Positions 8,486 to 19,156 are shown, numbered from the stretch's first letter. The stretch: DNA of 64,000 nucleotides from an uncultured Flavobacteriaceae bacterium (GCA_943789455.1 CALSUE010000008.1:11907-75906); one strand, 5' to 3'. Translations and numbers: made by a program. The notes: generated by a model from the sequence alone, not told the origin.

Positions 8486-10705
8486 TTATTTTAGTCTTTT
8501 CATAATTTCCAAAGCTTTTTTTCCTTGCTCTGTTTGCGGATAACCTACCGCAACTTTCTCTAGTGCAGCAATATACGAATCTTTATTTTGATATTTACCA
8601 ATAGCATATGCTTTTAGTAGTTCAAATTTAGAGACTAAAATAGATCCTTCTATGAGGGTTGGAATTGTCATGTCTATAAAACAAATTGCATCTTCAAAAA
8701 AATCATCTTTGTATAGTTTATACGCTATTTCATATACTTCAGAATCTTCATCAACTTCCTTCTCTTTTGAAAGCTCAATCTCTGGGTTTAAAATAATTTT
8801 TGAAAAAGGGGAGTCTGGATATGAATTTAAAATAAAATCTTTATACTGAGTAGCTTTAGTGTTTCCAGTCAATAAATAAAGTTGATACAAATGATAATTT
8901 GCTGGCAGAATTAATTCTTTATCAGGGTTAGATACCAATAATCTTTCTAAATTTCTAGTGGCTTTTGGAGGGTTTTTAAACTGTTCTTTATAAATTAATC
9001 CTAATTCAAACAATGCAGTATTTCTATCAAAGGTCAGAGAATCTAATTCTTTAGCCGATGAAGGAACTGTTTCTAAATAGGTAGAGATTTCATAACGTGG
9101 GTTTTTAATGTTTGTAACAAGATCTTTATCTTCATTAGATGCATTAACTATAATGGATTTATCTGATATTCTCCAATTGTCTTCCAGGGGTCTGCTTCCC
9201 CAAACACGCTTAAACTCACTTTTGCCAAAACCTAAAGATTGTGTATTATAAAAATACCATTTTCCTTTTGCCTTTGTGGATTGTAGCCCTCCGCCAAAAG
9301 AACTTCCAAAAGAAATTTGATTCAGTTTTTTTTGAGCTAATTCTTCATCTTCTTTTTTAATTTTATCAATATACTCTTGAAAATACTGCTCTAATTGTTC
9401 TTTTGGTAAGGCTGCAAGAGTTAAAATACTGTCATTTTTTTGAAGGTTTTTTTCATATTTAACAAGTGATGATAAATTCTTGGCCCTTCTCTCAAATCTT
9501 TTAATTCTCAATGTGTTTTTATTATTGGCAACCTGAAGTATGCTATCATAATAAGCTCCCGAAGTAACATAATCTAGATCTTTAAAATAGATTTTTGCAA
9601 GCTGTTCATAGCTGTACGTTTTTTGTTTAGCTCCTCCATTTTTTGCGCGTAATGATTTATTATAATTAAGAACAGCCTCGTTAAGGCTATCTCTTTCTTG
9701 CTCTAAAACAGCCACTTGATAATAAATCGCATCTAAATAAGGTCTATTGTCTCTGTTTTTTATTAATTTTTTATACCGTTCTAAAATGGCCAATGAAGAG
9801 GAGTCTGAAACAGCGTTTTTAGCCAATTCTATCTCGGCGTGAATTCTAAACTTGTAAGGAGCTTGTTTGAAATTAATAAGTTTTTTAAAAACCATTGATG
9901 CTGTGTCTTTGATTTTGTCTAAACTATATAATTGCCCTAAAACAAATAGGTTTCTAGCTCTTTGAGTCTTATTCTTTGATGTTTTAGTTGCTTCCCATAG
10001 ATAGTTTCGTACTGTATTTACACTGTCTAGCTTCGCATACGCCATAGCTAACGCAGTATTAGCATCTTCCCTAATAAAATCTGGTAAATCTGGTTTTCTT
10101 AAAAGAATCTCTAGGGTTTCTATTGCCAACTCCTCATTTTCTATTCTAATATGAGCTTTTGCTCTCCAAATTTTTGTTTCATTAATTAAACTCGCGTTTG
10201 GATAATTTGCAATAATATAATTGTAGGCATCAATTGCAGGAATGAATCGCTCTGTGTAATATCTAGATTTTCCCAATAAAAGATAGGCATCGTCAATTTT
10301 TTTATTGCGCTCTTTCCCATTAATGTTCATGGAATGTTTTTGAATTGCTTTTACTGCTTTTTGTTCTGCAATATCAAAAGGAGTTAAGGCTTCTTCAGGT
10401 TCTTCTGTTTTTTTTACATCAAACCCTATTCCTGGTTCTTTAGCACCAGTTGATAAGATTGGAATTCTAAATTTAATATTTTCAAAAGATAAAGGCTCTA
10501 TAGGGAGTAATTCAAAAAAATCGTCTTCATAGTTTAAATTAATTTCATTTAACCCTTGATCAAAAGCTACACCTCCATTATATAAGATATTATACTGTGT
10601 TGTGAGTGCATTGTAGTTTCTGTTTAAAAATGCATCTTTCTTTGTACTACAAGAAACGATAAACAAAAGCACGCTTAAAAAACCTATTTTTTGACTATTT
10701 TTCAT
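8486..10705 (-). CDS. sprE: T9SS / gliding TPR lipoprotein SprE (PorW)
   Basis: IVSC lipobox, YNILYNG N-terminus, many TPR-like helices, WYFYN...GKSEFKRVWGSRPLEDNWR motif; neighbourhood with bactofilin and atp genes. Confidence 0.75.
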   Translation of the reverse strand: MKNSQKIGFLSVLLFIVSCSTKKDAFLNRNYNALTTQYNILYNGGVAFDQGLNEINLNYEDDFFELLPIEPLSFENIKFRIPILSTGAKEPGIGFDVKKTEEPEEALTPFDIAEQKAVKAIQKHSMNINGKERNKKIDDAYLLLGKSRYYTERFIPAIDAYNYIIANYPNASLINETKIWRAKAHIRIENEELAIETLEILLRKPDLPDFIREDANTALAMAYAKLDSVNTVRNYLWEATKTSKNKTQRARNLFVLGQLYSLDKIKDTASMVFKKLINFKQAPYKFRIHAEIELAKNAVSDSSSLAILERYKKLIKNRDNRPYLDAIYYQVAVLEQERDSLNEAVLNYNKSLRAKNGGAKQKTYSYEQLAKIYFKDLDYVTSGAYYDSILQVANNKNTLRIKRFERRAKNLSSLVKYEKNLQKNDSILTLAALPKEQLEQYFQEYIDKIKKEDEELAQKKLNQISFGSSFGGGLQSTKAKGKWYFYNTQSLGFGKSEFKRVWGSRPLEDNWRISDKSIIVNASNEDKDLVTNIKNPRYEISTYLETVPSSAKELDSLTFDRNTALFELGLIYKEQFKNPPKATRNLERLLVSNPDKELILPANYHLYQLYLLTGNTKATQYKDFILNSYPDSPFSKIILNPEIELSKEKEVDEDSEVYEIAYKLYKDDFFEDAICFIDMTIPTLIEGSILVSKFELLKAYAIGKYQNKDSYIAALEKVAVGYPQTEQGKKALEIMKRLK

Positions 10706-10783
10706 GGATTATAACACTGATTATTACAACAGATAATCGATAAATATATTGCAATACAGTGTGTAAAAATAGGAATTAGTTTC

Positions 10784-11479
10784 TTAAACAGAAAAATAAC
10801 GCTCTAGCTCTTTTAAGGTTTCTTGAGAAGTTTCAATGTCTTTTACCAAATGACCTTTATCTAGCACAACAATTCGCTCACAAACCTCAGTTACATGGCT
10901 TAAATCATGGCTAGAGACAAGAACGGTAACCGCTTTGTTATCGGTGAGCGTTTTTAAAATTTTCTTTAATCGTATTTGTGTTGTAGGATCTAAATTTGCG
11001 AAGGGTTCGTCTAAGATTACTACTTTTGGGCTTCCCATCATGGCAGCTATAATCCCAGCCTTTTTTTGATTTCCTTTACTTAGGGCTCTTAAATACTTTT
11101 TCTTACCTAGAACTTCGTCATTAAAAAACTCTCCAAACTGAGTTAAAAACACTTTCACATCGGCTTTATTCATACCCCTTAAATCTCCTATAAAATCAAA
11201 ATATTCATCTGGTGTTAAATACCCAATTAAAAAAGATTCGTCAATAAAAGAACCTGTAAAATTTTTCCAATCTTCACTTTGGTTTACAACAATGTCGTGA
11301 TTAGTTATTGCACCTGTAGTGGGTCTAATTAAATCTAACAACATATTAAAATATGTGGTTTTACCAGCACCATTGTTACCAACCAACCCAAAGCTTTGAC
11401 CTGTTGGGATTTCTAAAGATTCTATATTTAATACTTCTGCTTTTCCGTATTTTTTTGAAAGTTGAGTAGTCTGTATCAT
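10784..11479 (-). CDS. ABC transporter ATP-binding protein
   Basis: GNNGAGKTT, LSKGN signature variant, ILDEP, SSHD. Confidence 0.92.
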   Translation of the reverse strand: MIQTTQLSKKYGKAEVLNIESLEIPTGQSFGLVGNNGAGKTTYFNMLLDLIRPTTGAITNHDIVVNQSEDWKNFTGSFIDESFLIGYLTPDEYFDFIGDLRGMNKADVKVFLTQFGEFFNDEVLGKKKYLRALSKGNQKKAGIIAAMMGSPKVVILDEPFANLDPTTQIRLKKILKTLTDNKAVTVLVSSHDLSHVTEVCERIVVLDKGHLVKDIETSQETLKELERYFSV

Positions 11480-11486
11480 CGTTTTT

Positions 11487-12953
11487 TTAATTTTCTTGAT
11501 TAAATGCGTGAATCATTACGTATTTATTGGTAATGTATTTTTTTGTGATGGTAGCCATCAACTTTTTATGTAGAGCAATCCCAACAAAGCCCATAACCGC
11601 TATAGTTACAGTAGCAATTTCAAAACCAATTAGCCAGTTAATTAAGCCAAAAATTGCCATTGGTAAAATCATTAAAGGGATACCAATAATCCATTGAACA
11701 GCTCCCGTACCCTGAAAGTTAAAGGCTGCTTTTTCATCTAGATTTATTCTTTTTCTATTAAAAGTTCCTCCATATAGAATTACATGTGTATTAACACCTA
11801 CATTATAAATCATTGCCGCAAAATGAACTAATAATACCTTCCACCCAAAATAAACATATGGAATTCCAAGAACAAAAAGCGCCACAACACTAATTGTCAT
11901 GATGGTAAATTTTGATTTTAAATAGCGTTCGTATTTAAAGTTTTGACTCATTAACATATTATAATAACCACTATCCCAAGCAGGAATAAACTGGCCGAAA
12001 TTAATTAATAGTGTCCCTGTGGAAAAGATTCCCACCAGTACATATATAAACTCCATATCTGCATACATTGGATTAGGATAGAAAAAAAGACCGTATAATA
12101 ACCCCATGGCAATCATCCATACAGAAGATTTTGTTCGCTTATTTCTCCACATTAAACGTAAATCATTTTTTATAAACGGCGCTAGGTCTCCTAGCCTTTC
12201 AAGAAATGACAAGTCTGCTGAATTTATTTCTTTCGTTTGCTCTGAAATCAAAGCATCTAAGTAAACCTCACTTCTTAATTGTTTAAAGTTAACCATGTAT
12301 AAGCCTATTACCATACATAAAAACAAAAGAGAAAGAATTGGAGATTGATAAACAGCATCAAACCCTTGTCCTATAAAACCAGGTAAGTCAAACCAATTGA
12401 AATATTGAATGAGGTAACCAAAAATCAACAATAGCAATAAGGCAACTAAAACACTATTGTTTTTATTGACAAGAAAATTAAAGAAATTAATAGATTGAAT
12501 AATTAAAATCATAGAAGCTAACCACCCTAAAACCCCTTCAAGACTATAACCCTCTGTTATTAAAACTACAGAAAATGGAACATAAAAAAACAATCCCATA
12601 ATGTTGAAAAAAGATAATGATGATTTTATTAAAATAAAATGTACAATTTTACTTTTTTGAATTGGTAAAACCAGTAGGGGTTTAATGTTCATAACTGGCA
12701 ACTTTTGCATAAGGTATCTGAACATTAAATCAGCAACTATAACATACATTAAAAATGAGTTTACCAACACTAAAGGGTCTTGTTCAGGAAATTGTTTTTT
12801 TAAAATCCAATACCCTCCAATACCTATTAGCAAAAAACCAGCCGTAAAGTATAAGGCAAAAAAACCAATTAAAATTTTAGCTCCTACAGATTTGCTGAAA
12901 GAAGATGAACGAAAAAATTGTTTCCATTCTAGTGAAAGAAAGTGTGAGATCAT
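11487..12953 (-). CDS. Multi-TM ABC permease-like protein (DUF5687-like)
   Basis: About 12 TM segments in two similar halves; 7 bp from the ATPase gene. Confidence 0.7.
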   Translation of the reverse strand: MISHFLSLEWKQFFRSSSFSKSVGAKILIGFFALYFTAGFLLIGIGGYWILKKQFPEQDPLVLVNSFLMYVIVADLMFRYLMQKLPVMNIKPLLVLPIQKSKIVHFILIKSSLSFFNIMGLFFYVPFSVVLITEGYSLEGVLGWLASMILIIQSINFFNFLVNKNNSVLVALLLLLIFGYLIQYFNWFDLPGFIGQGFDAVYQSPILSLLFLCMVIGLYMVNFKQLRSEVYLDALISEQTKEINSADLSFLERLGDLAPFIKNDLRLMWRNKRTKSSVWMIAMGLLYGLFFYPNPMYADMEFIYVLVGIFSTGTLLINFGQFIPAWDSGYYNMLMSQNFKYERYLKSKFTIMTISVVALFVLGIPYVYFGWKVLLVHFAAMIYNVGVNTHVILYGGTFNRKRINLDEKAAFNFQGTGAVQWIIGIPLMILPMAIFGLINWLIGFEIATVTIAVMGFVGIALHKKLMATITKKYITNKYVMIHAFNQEN

Positions 12954-13012
12954 AAAATTGTTAGTTTTGTAATTAATAAGAGTCTTTGTGAGGCGATTTG
13001 TTACAAAAAAAA

Positions 13013-13372
13013 TTAAATTTCAGCTTTTAACACTTCTTTTATCAGTTTTTGCAATTCTTGTTTTGGCAAAGCGCCATTAGCCATTTGAGGTTTTTCATTC
13101 ATTGGAATGAATAACATTGAAGGAATACTTCGAATCGCAAAAGCAGCAGCTAACTCTTGCTCTGCTTCTGTATCTACTTTGTAAATGTTTATTTTACCCG
13201 CATACGCATCACTTAACTCCTCTAAAACAGGGGCGATCATCTTGCAGGGGCCACACCAATCTGCATAGAAATCTATAATAGCAGGAAGTTTTCCCTCATA
13301 AACCCAGTCTTTATTTTTCTCATAATTAAACACCTTTTCTAGAAAAGTGGTTTTTGTAAGGTTTTCAGTCAT
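13013..13372 (-). CDS. trxA: Thioredoxin
   Basis: DFYADWCGPCK, IRSIPSMLF. Confidence 0.93.
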   Translation of the reverse strand: MTENLTKTTFLEKVFNYEKNKDWVYEGKLPAIIDFYADWCGPCKMIAPVLEELSDAYAGKINIYKVDTEAEQELAAAFAIRSIPSMLFIPMNEKPQMANGALPKQELQKLIKEVLKAEI

Positions 13373-13390
13373 AATAATTTTTTTATACTA

Positions 13391-13398
13391 CAAAAGTA
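13391..13398 (-). promoter_or_regulatory. -7 promoter box for trxA
   Basis: TACTTTTG. Confidence 0.6.
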
Positions 13399-13456
13399 AT
13401 CGTTTTAATTTCATAAAAAAATATCATAATTTAGAGGTCACTAATATTACTCACCT

Positions 13457-15613
13457 ATGAAAAACCCAATTACTCTTATTATTTGTTTTGCTATGATGTT
13501 AAACGCGTGTAAAGAAAATTCTTCAGAGAGAGACCATCTTTTAAATTATCCTGAAACTGTAAAAAAACCTGTTGCAGAAAACTATTTTGAAACCGAAGTA
13601 ATAGACAACTATCGTTGGCTAGAAGATGACAGAAGTAAAGAAACGGAAGCCTGGGTAAAAGCAGAAAATGAAGTTACTTTTGATTATCTTTCTAACATCC
13701 CTTACAGAAAACAATTAAAAGATCGATTATCTGAACTGTGGAATTATGAGAAAATTAGCGCTCCTTTTACCGAAGGAGATTACACTTATTATTACAAAAA
13801 CAATGGTTTACAAAACCAATATGTAGTGTATAGAAAAAAAGATGACGCTAATGAAGAAGTTTTTTTAGACCCCAATACCTTTTCTGAAGATGCAACCACA
13901 TCCCTAAGCGGATTAACTTTTTCTAAAGATGGAAAAACGGCTGCCTATTCCATTTCAGAGGGAGGAAGCGATTGGCGTAAAATTATAGTTATTGATGTTG
14001 ATTCAAAAAAAGTTAAAGAAGATACCCTTATTGATGTGAAGTTTTCGGGTATTTCTTGGAAAGGAAATGAAGGCTTTTATTACTCAAGCTATGACAAGCC
14101 TGAAGGAAGTGAGCTTTCTGCTAAAACAGATCAACATAAATTATATTATCACAAACTTGGAACCTCTCAAAAAAATGATGCGGTAATTTTTGGGGCAACT
14201 ACAGCGCAAAAACACAGATATGTTGGTGGTTCATTAACTGAGGATGACCGATATTTAATCATTTCAGCCTCAACCTCTACTTCTGGAAACAAACTTTTTA
14301 TACAAGATTTAACAAAGAAAAATAGTGCTTTAATTCCTATTGTAAACAATTTTGATAGTGATACCTATGTAATTGACAACCGAGGGACTACTTTATATTT
14401 AGTGACCAATCTTAATGCGCCTAATCAAAAAATTGTAACTGTAGATGCGGCTAACCCTGCTTCTAAAAATTGGAAAGATTTTATCCCAGAGACAGCACAT
14501 GTATTAAGTGCTTCTTCTGGAGGTGGTTATTTTTTTACTGAATACATGGTAGATGCTGTTTCTAAAGTCTTGCAATATGATTTTAACGGAAATAAAATTC
14601 GTGAAATAGCATTGCCTGGTGTTGGAAATGCAGGTGGTTTTGGTGGTAAAAAAGATGCTCTTATAGATTATTTTTCATTTACCAATTACAACACTCCCTC
14701 TAGTATATATACCTTAGATATAAAAACAGGAGAAACTAAATTATATTGGAGCCCTGATATTGATTTCAACCCTAATGATTATGAGAGTAATCAAGTATTT
14801 TATCCCTCTAAAGACGGCACTAAAATTCCAATGATTATTACGCATAAAAAAGGAATGAAACTGGATGGAAAAAACCCAACGATATTATATGGGTATGGTG
14901 GATTTAATATCAGCTTAAACCCTGGTTTTAGTATTGCTAATTCCATATGGATGGAGCAGGGAGGTGTCTACGCTGTTCCAAACCTAAGAGGTGGCGGAGA
15001 ATATGGTAAAAAATGGCATGACGCAGGAACTCAAATGAAAAAACAAAATGTGTTTGATGATTTTATTACAGCTGCAGAATATTTAATAGAAAACAACTAT
15101 ACTTCTTCAGAATACTTAGCAATTAGAGGAGGTTCAAATGGTGGTTTATTGGTTGGAGCAACCATGACACAAAGACCAGATCTAATGCGCGTAGCTTTGC
15201 CCGCTGTTGGTGTTTTAGACATGCTACGGTATCATACGTTTACAGCTGGTGCTGGTTGGGCTTACGATTATGGAACCGCCGAACAAAGTGATGAAATGTT
15301 TAAGTATTTAAAAGGGTATTCTCCAGTACATAATGTCAAAAAAGGAACGGCTTACCCAGCAACACTTGTAACCACTGGAGATCATGATGACAGAGTGGTT
15401 CCTGCACATAGTTTTAAGTTTGCCGCAGAATTGCAAGACAAACAGGCTGGTAATAATCCAGTATTGATACGAATTGAAACAAATGCTGGTCACGGCGCAG
15501 GAACTCCTGTAGCAAAAACCATTGAGCAATATGCTGATATATTTGGGTTTACTTTATACAATATGGGTTTTGATAAATTGCCAAATCCTCCAAAAGCTAA
15601 ACTTAAAAGCTAA
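13457..15613 (+). CDS. Prolyl oligopeptidase (S9A), lipoprotein
   Basis: LNAC lipobox; catalytic GGSNGG, GDHDDRV, AGHGAG. Confidence 0.95.
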   Translation: MKNPITLIICFAMMLNACKENSSERDHLLNYPETVKKPVAENYFETEVIDNYRWLEDDRSKETEAWVKAENEVTFDYLSNIPYRKQLKDRLSELWNYEKISAPFTEGDYTYYYKNNGLQNQYVVYRKKDDANEEVFLDPNTFSEDATTSLSGLTFSKDGKTAAYSISEGGSDWRKIIVIDVDSKKVKEDTLIDVKFSGISWKGNEGFYYSSYDKPEGSELSAKTDQHKLYYHKLGTSQKNDAVIFGATTAQKHRYVGGSLTEDDRYLIISASTSTSGNKLFIQDLTKKNSALIPIVNNFDSDTYVIDNRGTTLYLVTNLNAPNQKIVTVDAANPASKNWKDFIPETAHVLSASSGGGYFFTEYMVDAVSKVLQYDFNGNKIREIALPGVGNAGGFGGKKDALIDYFSFTNYNTPSSIYTLDIKTGETKLYWSPDIDFNPNDYESNQVFYPSKDGTKIPMIITHKKGMKLDGKNPTILYGYGGFNISLNPGFSIANSIWMEQGGVYAVPNLRGGGEYGKKWHDAGTQMKKQNVFDDFITAAEYLIENNYTSSEYLAIRGGSNGGLLVGATMTQRPDLMRVALPAVGVLDMLRYHTFTAGAGWAYDYGTAEQSDEMFKYLKGYSPVHNVKKGTAYPATLVTTGDHDDRVVPAHSFKFAAELQDKQAGNNPVLIRIETNAGHGAGTPVAKTIEQYADIFGFTLYNMGFDKLPNPPKAKLKS

Positions 15614-15638
15614 CTGATACTTTTTTCAGTATTTTTAC

Positions 15639-15674
15639 ACCGCAAAACAAGTTAAATTGTTTGCGGTTTTTTTT
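15639..15674 (+). terminator. Intrinsic terminator after the prolyl oligopeptidase
   Basis: ACCGCAAA..TTTGCGGT stem followed by T8. Confidence 0.75.
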
Positions 15675-16601
15675 ATGCTAAAAGTCTCTAACATTTCATT
15701 TCAATATGCTCCTAAAAAAGAGATATTGTCTGCTATTTCTTTCACTTTAGAAGAAGGGCAACACCTCTGTGTTATGGGGGAAAGTGGCTCGGGAAAATCT
15801 ACTTTATTAAAAGCAATTTACGGTTTGCTAGACTTAAAAAAGGGATCAATTTATTGGAAAAATCAAGAAGTTTTAGGTCCTGCTTTTCATTTGGTTCCGG
15901 GCATGAGCTTCTTTAAGTATGTGGCGCAAGATTTTGATTTAATGCCCTATACAACAGTTGCTGAAAATATTGGAAAATTTTTGTCGCGGTTTTATCCGGA
16001 AGAGAAAGCACAAAGAACCAATGAATTATTAGACGTTATAGAGATGTCTAACTTTGCAAATGAGAAAGTAAAAACCCTAAGTGGAGGACAACAACAACGC
16101 GTGGCGATTGCAAGAGCCTTGGCAAAAGAACCCGAACTTATTTTGTTAGATGAGCCTTTTGGGCAAATAGATAATTTTAAAAAAAACTCACTCCGAAGAA
16201 AGCTTTTTAGTTATCTAAAAGAGAAAAATATTTCATGTATTGTGGCAACACATGATGGAGATGACGCACTTTCTTTTGCAGACCAAATGATGGTGATTAA
16301 AAACAAAAAAGTGATTGCATTGGATTCTCCAAGAAACTTATATAAAAACCCATCTGAACATTATGTCGCGGCTTTATTTGATGATGTAAATGAACTTTAT
16401 ATAGACGGAGAGAAAAAACTGATCTATCCGCATCAAATTCAAGTTTCTAAAGATTCTTCACATAAGGCTATTGTAAAAAAAGCATTCTTCAAAGGGTCTT
16501 TTTGGTTGATTGAGGCAACATTTAATTCTCAGGTTATTTTCTTTCAAAATCCTGAAAATATCGTTTTGGGGAAAGAGATCAGTCTTTCCTTTATAGACTA
16601 A
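15675..16601 (+). CDS. Orphan ABC ATP-binding protein (FbpC/PotA-like)
   Basis: GESGSGKST, LSGGQQQR, LLDEP, ATHD. ATG at 15675 preferred over the track's TTG at 15657, which lies in the terminator. Confidence 0.85.
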   Translation: MLKVSNISFQYAPKKEILSAISFTLEEGQHLCVMGESGSGKSTLLKAIYGLLDLKKGSIYWKNQEVLGPAFHLVPGMSFFKYVAQDFDLMPYTTVAENIGKFLSRFYPEEKAQRTNELLDVIEMSNFANEKVKTLSGGQQQRVAIARALAKEPELILLDEPFGQIDNFKKNSLRRKLFSYLKEKNISCIVATHDGDDALSFADQMMVIKNKKVIALDSPRNLYKNPSEHYVAALFDDVNELYIDGEKKLIYPHQIQVSKDSSHKAIVKKAFFKGSFWLIEATFNSQVIFFQNPENIVLGKEISLSFID

Positions 16602-16613
16602 ATAATGAAGGTA

Positions 16614-17066
16614 CTATAAGACATGATCTATTGTAATTTCTTTTCCGTTCCAAGTAAAGGTGTCTTCAGCTTTTTTACCTACCAATAATTTGCCTATTGG
16701 CGAAGAGGAAGAAATGGCAAAATATACAGTTTCTTTATCTTTTAACTTTCCTGCAGAAATACTCAAAAAATAACATGTTGATGAGGTTTTTATAACAGAC
16801 CCTAAAGCAATGTTTGCTGAGGATGATAGGGTGTTAATTTTAGCTAGTGTTTGTTGCATTTGTTGAACAGCAGCTAATTGTTGCCCTGCTTTTTCCATTT
16901 CTAATTGTAACATTGCTCTGCCTGTTTCATGCTTATCTCCTGCAGAACTTTTAGTTTCTGAGCTCAATGCCTTTTGATGAGAAGAAATAATTGTCTGTAT
17001 GGTTTGAAGACGTGTATTTACAAAATCTTCACACTGTTGAAAAAGGGATTCTTTTAACGTTAACAT
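16614..17066 (-). CDS. GreA/GreB-like protein
   Basis: N-terminal coiled-coil hairpin with acidic tip (SSAGDKHETGRA); C-terminal AISSSSPIGKLLVGKKAED matches the Gre C-domain. Confidence 0.7.
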   Translation of the reverse strand: MLTLKESLFQQCEDFVNTRLQTIQTIISSHQKALSSETKSSAGDKHETGRAMLQLEMEKAGQQLAAVQQMQQTLAKINTLSSSANIALGSVIKTSSTCYFLSISAGKLKDKETVYFAISSSSPIGKLLVGKKAEDTFTWNGKEITIDHVL

Positions 17067-17069
17067 TAT

Positions 17070-17624
17070 TTAAGCCTGTAAAAATGAATACGCACCAAAC
17101 CTGCCATGGTGTGTAATTGAGCATGATGAGGTAAGAAGTGTTGTTTTATAATAATAACTAGGGGCCCCATTTTTTGATTTTTTTTGTTGAATTTCTGAAA
17201 TTTGTAATGCTGTTAATTCGTTAAGCTTGTTCTTAATCATTGTGTCAATTTGACCTGGAGATACCATTTCTGAATACGGACTCTTTTTATTTTCAAGAAC
17301 TGCAGTAGTAAAAACACAATCCTGATTTAGTGTTGTTCTTGTGTAAAAGTTTTGACCCTTGAAACTAACCACACCCTTGGAACCTCGTGTCAATTTACAT
17401 TCAAATTTTTTTGGAGCAAAAAACCGAATTTCATGGTGTTGTGTATAAATTTTGTAAGCAGCTTCCTTCATGCTCCAGAGCCTCCATACCATTTCAAAAG
17501 AATTTGATGCCTCTAGGATAAGTTGTTGCTCATCATTTGAAAACAGCTTTTCTAAAAACCCTTTTCGCTGCCAATTGCTTTGTGTTTTAGCAAGAGATAA
17601 ATCTATAATATCGTTACCAATCAA
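17070..17624 (-). CDS. 4'-phosphopantetheinyl transferase
   Basis: IGNDIID and WRLWSMKEAAYK motifs; TTG start overlapping the ACP stop. Confidence 0.92.
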   Translation of the reverse strand: MIGNDIIDLSLAKTQSNWQRKGFLEKLFSNDEQQLILEASNSFEMVWRLWSMKEAAYKIYTQHHEIRFFAPKKFECKLTRGSKGVVSFKGQNFYTRTTLNQDCVFTTAVLENKKSPYSEMVSPGQIDTMIKNKLNELTALQISEIQQKKSKNGAPSYYYKTTLLTSSCSITHHGRFGAYSFLQA

Positions 17625-17875
17625 GAGCTAGATAATTTTGTTTCAATAATGTCTAGGGCTGCTTTTACTGAAAGCATTTTTTCCATGGAATCATTATCAA
17701 TTTCAATATCAAATTCATCTTCTACATCTAAAATAACATCTACCAAATTCGCAGAATTGATTTTTAAATCGTTAATAAAATCTGTCTCTTCAGACAGGTT
17801 GTTAAATGCTTCTTCATCTTGAATATAAGGTTTTACAATTTTTTGTAGTGAGGCAATTAATTCTTCTCTAGTCAT
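17621..17875 (-). CDS. Acyl carrier protein (cluster-specific)
   Basis: Acidic 84-aa protein; DLKINSANLVDVILDVEDEFDIEI helix II, with the Ser in NS rather than DS. Confidence 0.9.
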   Translation of the reverse strand: MTREELIASLQKIVKPYIQDEEAFNNLSEETDFINDLKINSANLVDVILDVEDEFDIEIDNDSMEKMLSVKAALDIIETKLSSS

Positions 17876-17887
17876 ATATCCTTTAAT

Positions 17888-19156
17888 TTAATATTTTTTA
17901 AAAATAACACATCCATTTACATCTCCAAAGCCAAAACTTGCTTTTGCAATGATCTTTATTTTTTTTGATGTGTATTTCGTTGGTATTTTTTCTTTTGAAA
18001 TTAATTTTAAAATGTCTGGATGCACTTCTTCGCAATTAATATTTGGAAAGATAAATTGGTGTTTTAATTGCAATATTGTTGCCACATTTTCTATGGCTCC
18101 CGCAGCTGCAAGACAATGCCCAACCATAGATTTTAAAGAATTTATCATTGGAAAATTTTGCCCAGTTCTCCCTAAAGCTTTTGTCCAATTTTCTATTTCT
18201 ACAGGATCTTTTATAGTAGCAGTTAGATGCCCATTAATTGCATCTATTTCTGAAGCTGCTATGTTTGCATTTTTTATTGCATCTACAATACATTTTTGTA
18301 CGGCTTCAGAATTTGGTGCTGTCATCGTTCCGCCGTTTCGTTGTCCTCCAGAATTAATGTTTCCACCCAATACCTCGGCATAAATAGTTGCTTTTCTTTC
18401 CAAAGCACTCTCTAATGTTTCTAATACCATCGCACCAGCACCACTGCCAGGCACAAACCCTGATGCATCTGAACTCATGGGTCTAGACCCTTTTTCTGGG
18501 TTTTCGTTGTGTTTATAGGTCATCACTCGCATTGCATCAAATCCGCCCCATATATAGGCTCCATCATCACTACAACTTCCAACTAGCATTCTTTTTGCCT
18601 TTCCTGCCTGAACACGCTCAAAGCCCATGAGTAAAGCTTCTGTGCCAGTTGTACAAGCAGATGAGTTTGTGGTGACTTGATTTCCTACTCCTAGAATACC
18701 GCCCAAGTAAGCACTAATACCGCTTGCCATTGTTTGAACAACAACAGTGCTGCCTAATCTTTTTACTTTTTGATCGTCTAATTTATATACAGCCTCTCTA
18801 AATTTTTCTACTCCCGAGGTACCTGCCCCAAAGACCAATCCTGAGTCATAATCTACGGGTAAGCTTTTATCAATGTCAAAGCCTGCATCTTTCCATGCGT
18901 CTATGCCTGCAATACATCCATATAAAATTCCGGCACTATCAAATCCACGCAATTGTAGCGGTGTTAAATAGTTGTTTTTCATCTCTTCTGATACTGAAGG
19001 AATTCCTCCAATACAACAAGAAAATTTTAAATCTTGAAGTTTTTGATGAAATGTAATTCCAGATCTTCCTTCTTGAATTGCTGCTAAAAAATTATCTAAG
19101 CCAACTGCATTTGGTGCTACAACTCCCATCCCTGTAATGACAACTCTATGTTTCAT
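17888..19156 (-). CDS. Beta-ketoacyl-ACP synthase (FabF/B-like)
   Basis: VVITGMG; Cys in SSACTTG; His in NGHLTAT and GHCLAAAG; SFGFGDVN. Confidence 0.93.
   Translation of the reverse strand: MKHRVVITGMGVVAPNAVGLDNFLAAIQEGRSGITFHQKLQDLKFSCCIGGIPSVSEEMKNNYLTPLQLRGFDSAGILYGCIAGIDAWKDAGFDIDKSLPVDYDSGLVFGAGTSGVEKFREAVYKLDDQKVKRLGSTVVVQTMASGISAYLGGILGVGNQVTTNSSACTTGTEALLMGFERVQAGKAKRMLVGSCSDDGAYIWGGFDAMRVMTYKHNENPEKGSRPMSSDASGFVPGSGAGAMVLETLESALERKATIYAEVLGGNINSGGQRNGGTMTAPNSEAVQKCIVDAIKNANIAASEIDAINGHLTATIKDPVEIENWTKALGRTGQNFPMINSLKSMVGHCLAAAGAIENVATILQLKHQFIFPNINCEEVHPDILKLISKEKIPTKYTSKKIKIIAKASFGFGDVNGCVIFKKY

Noticed and set aside
10747-10756. TATTGCAATA palindrome upstream of sprE
   Set aside because: Only 10 bp and AT-rich, which is expected by chance.
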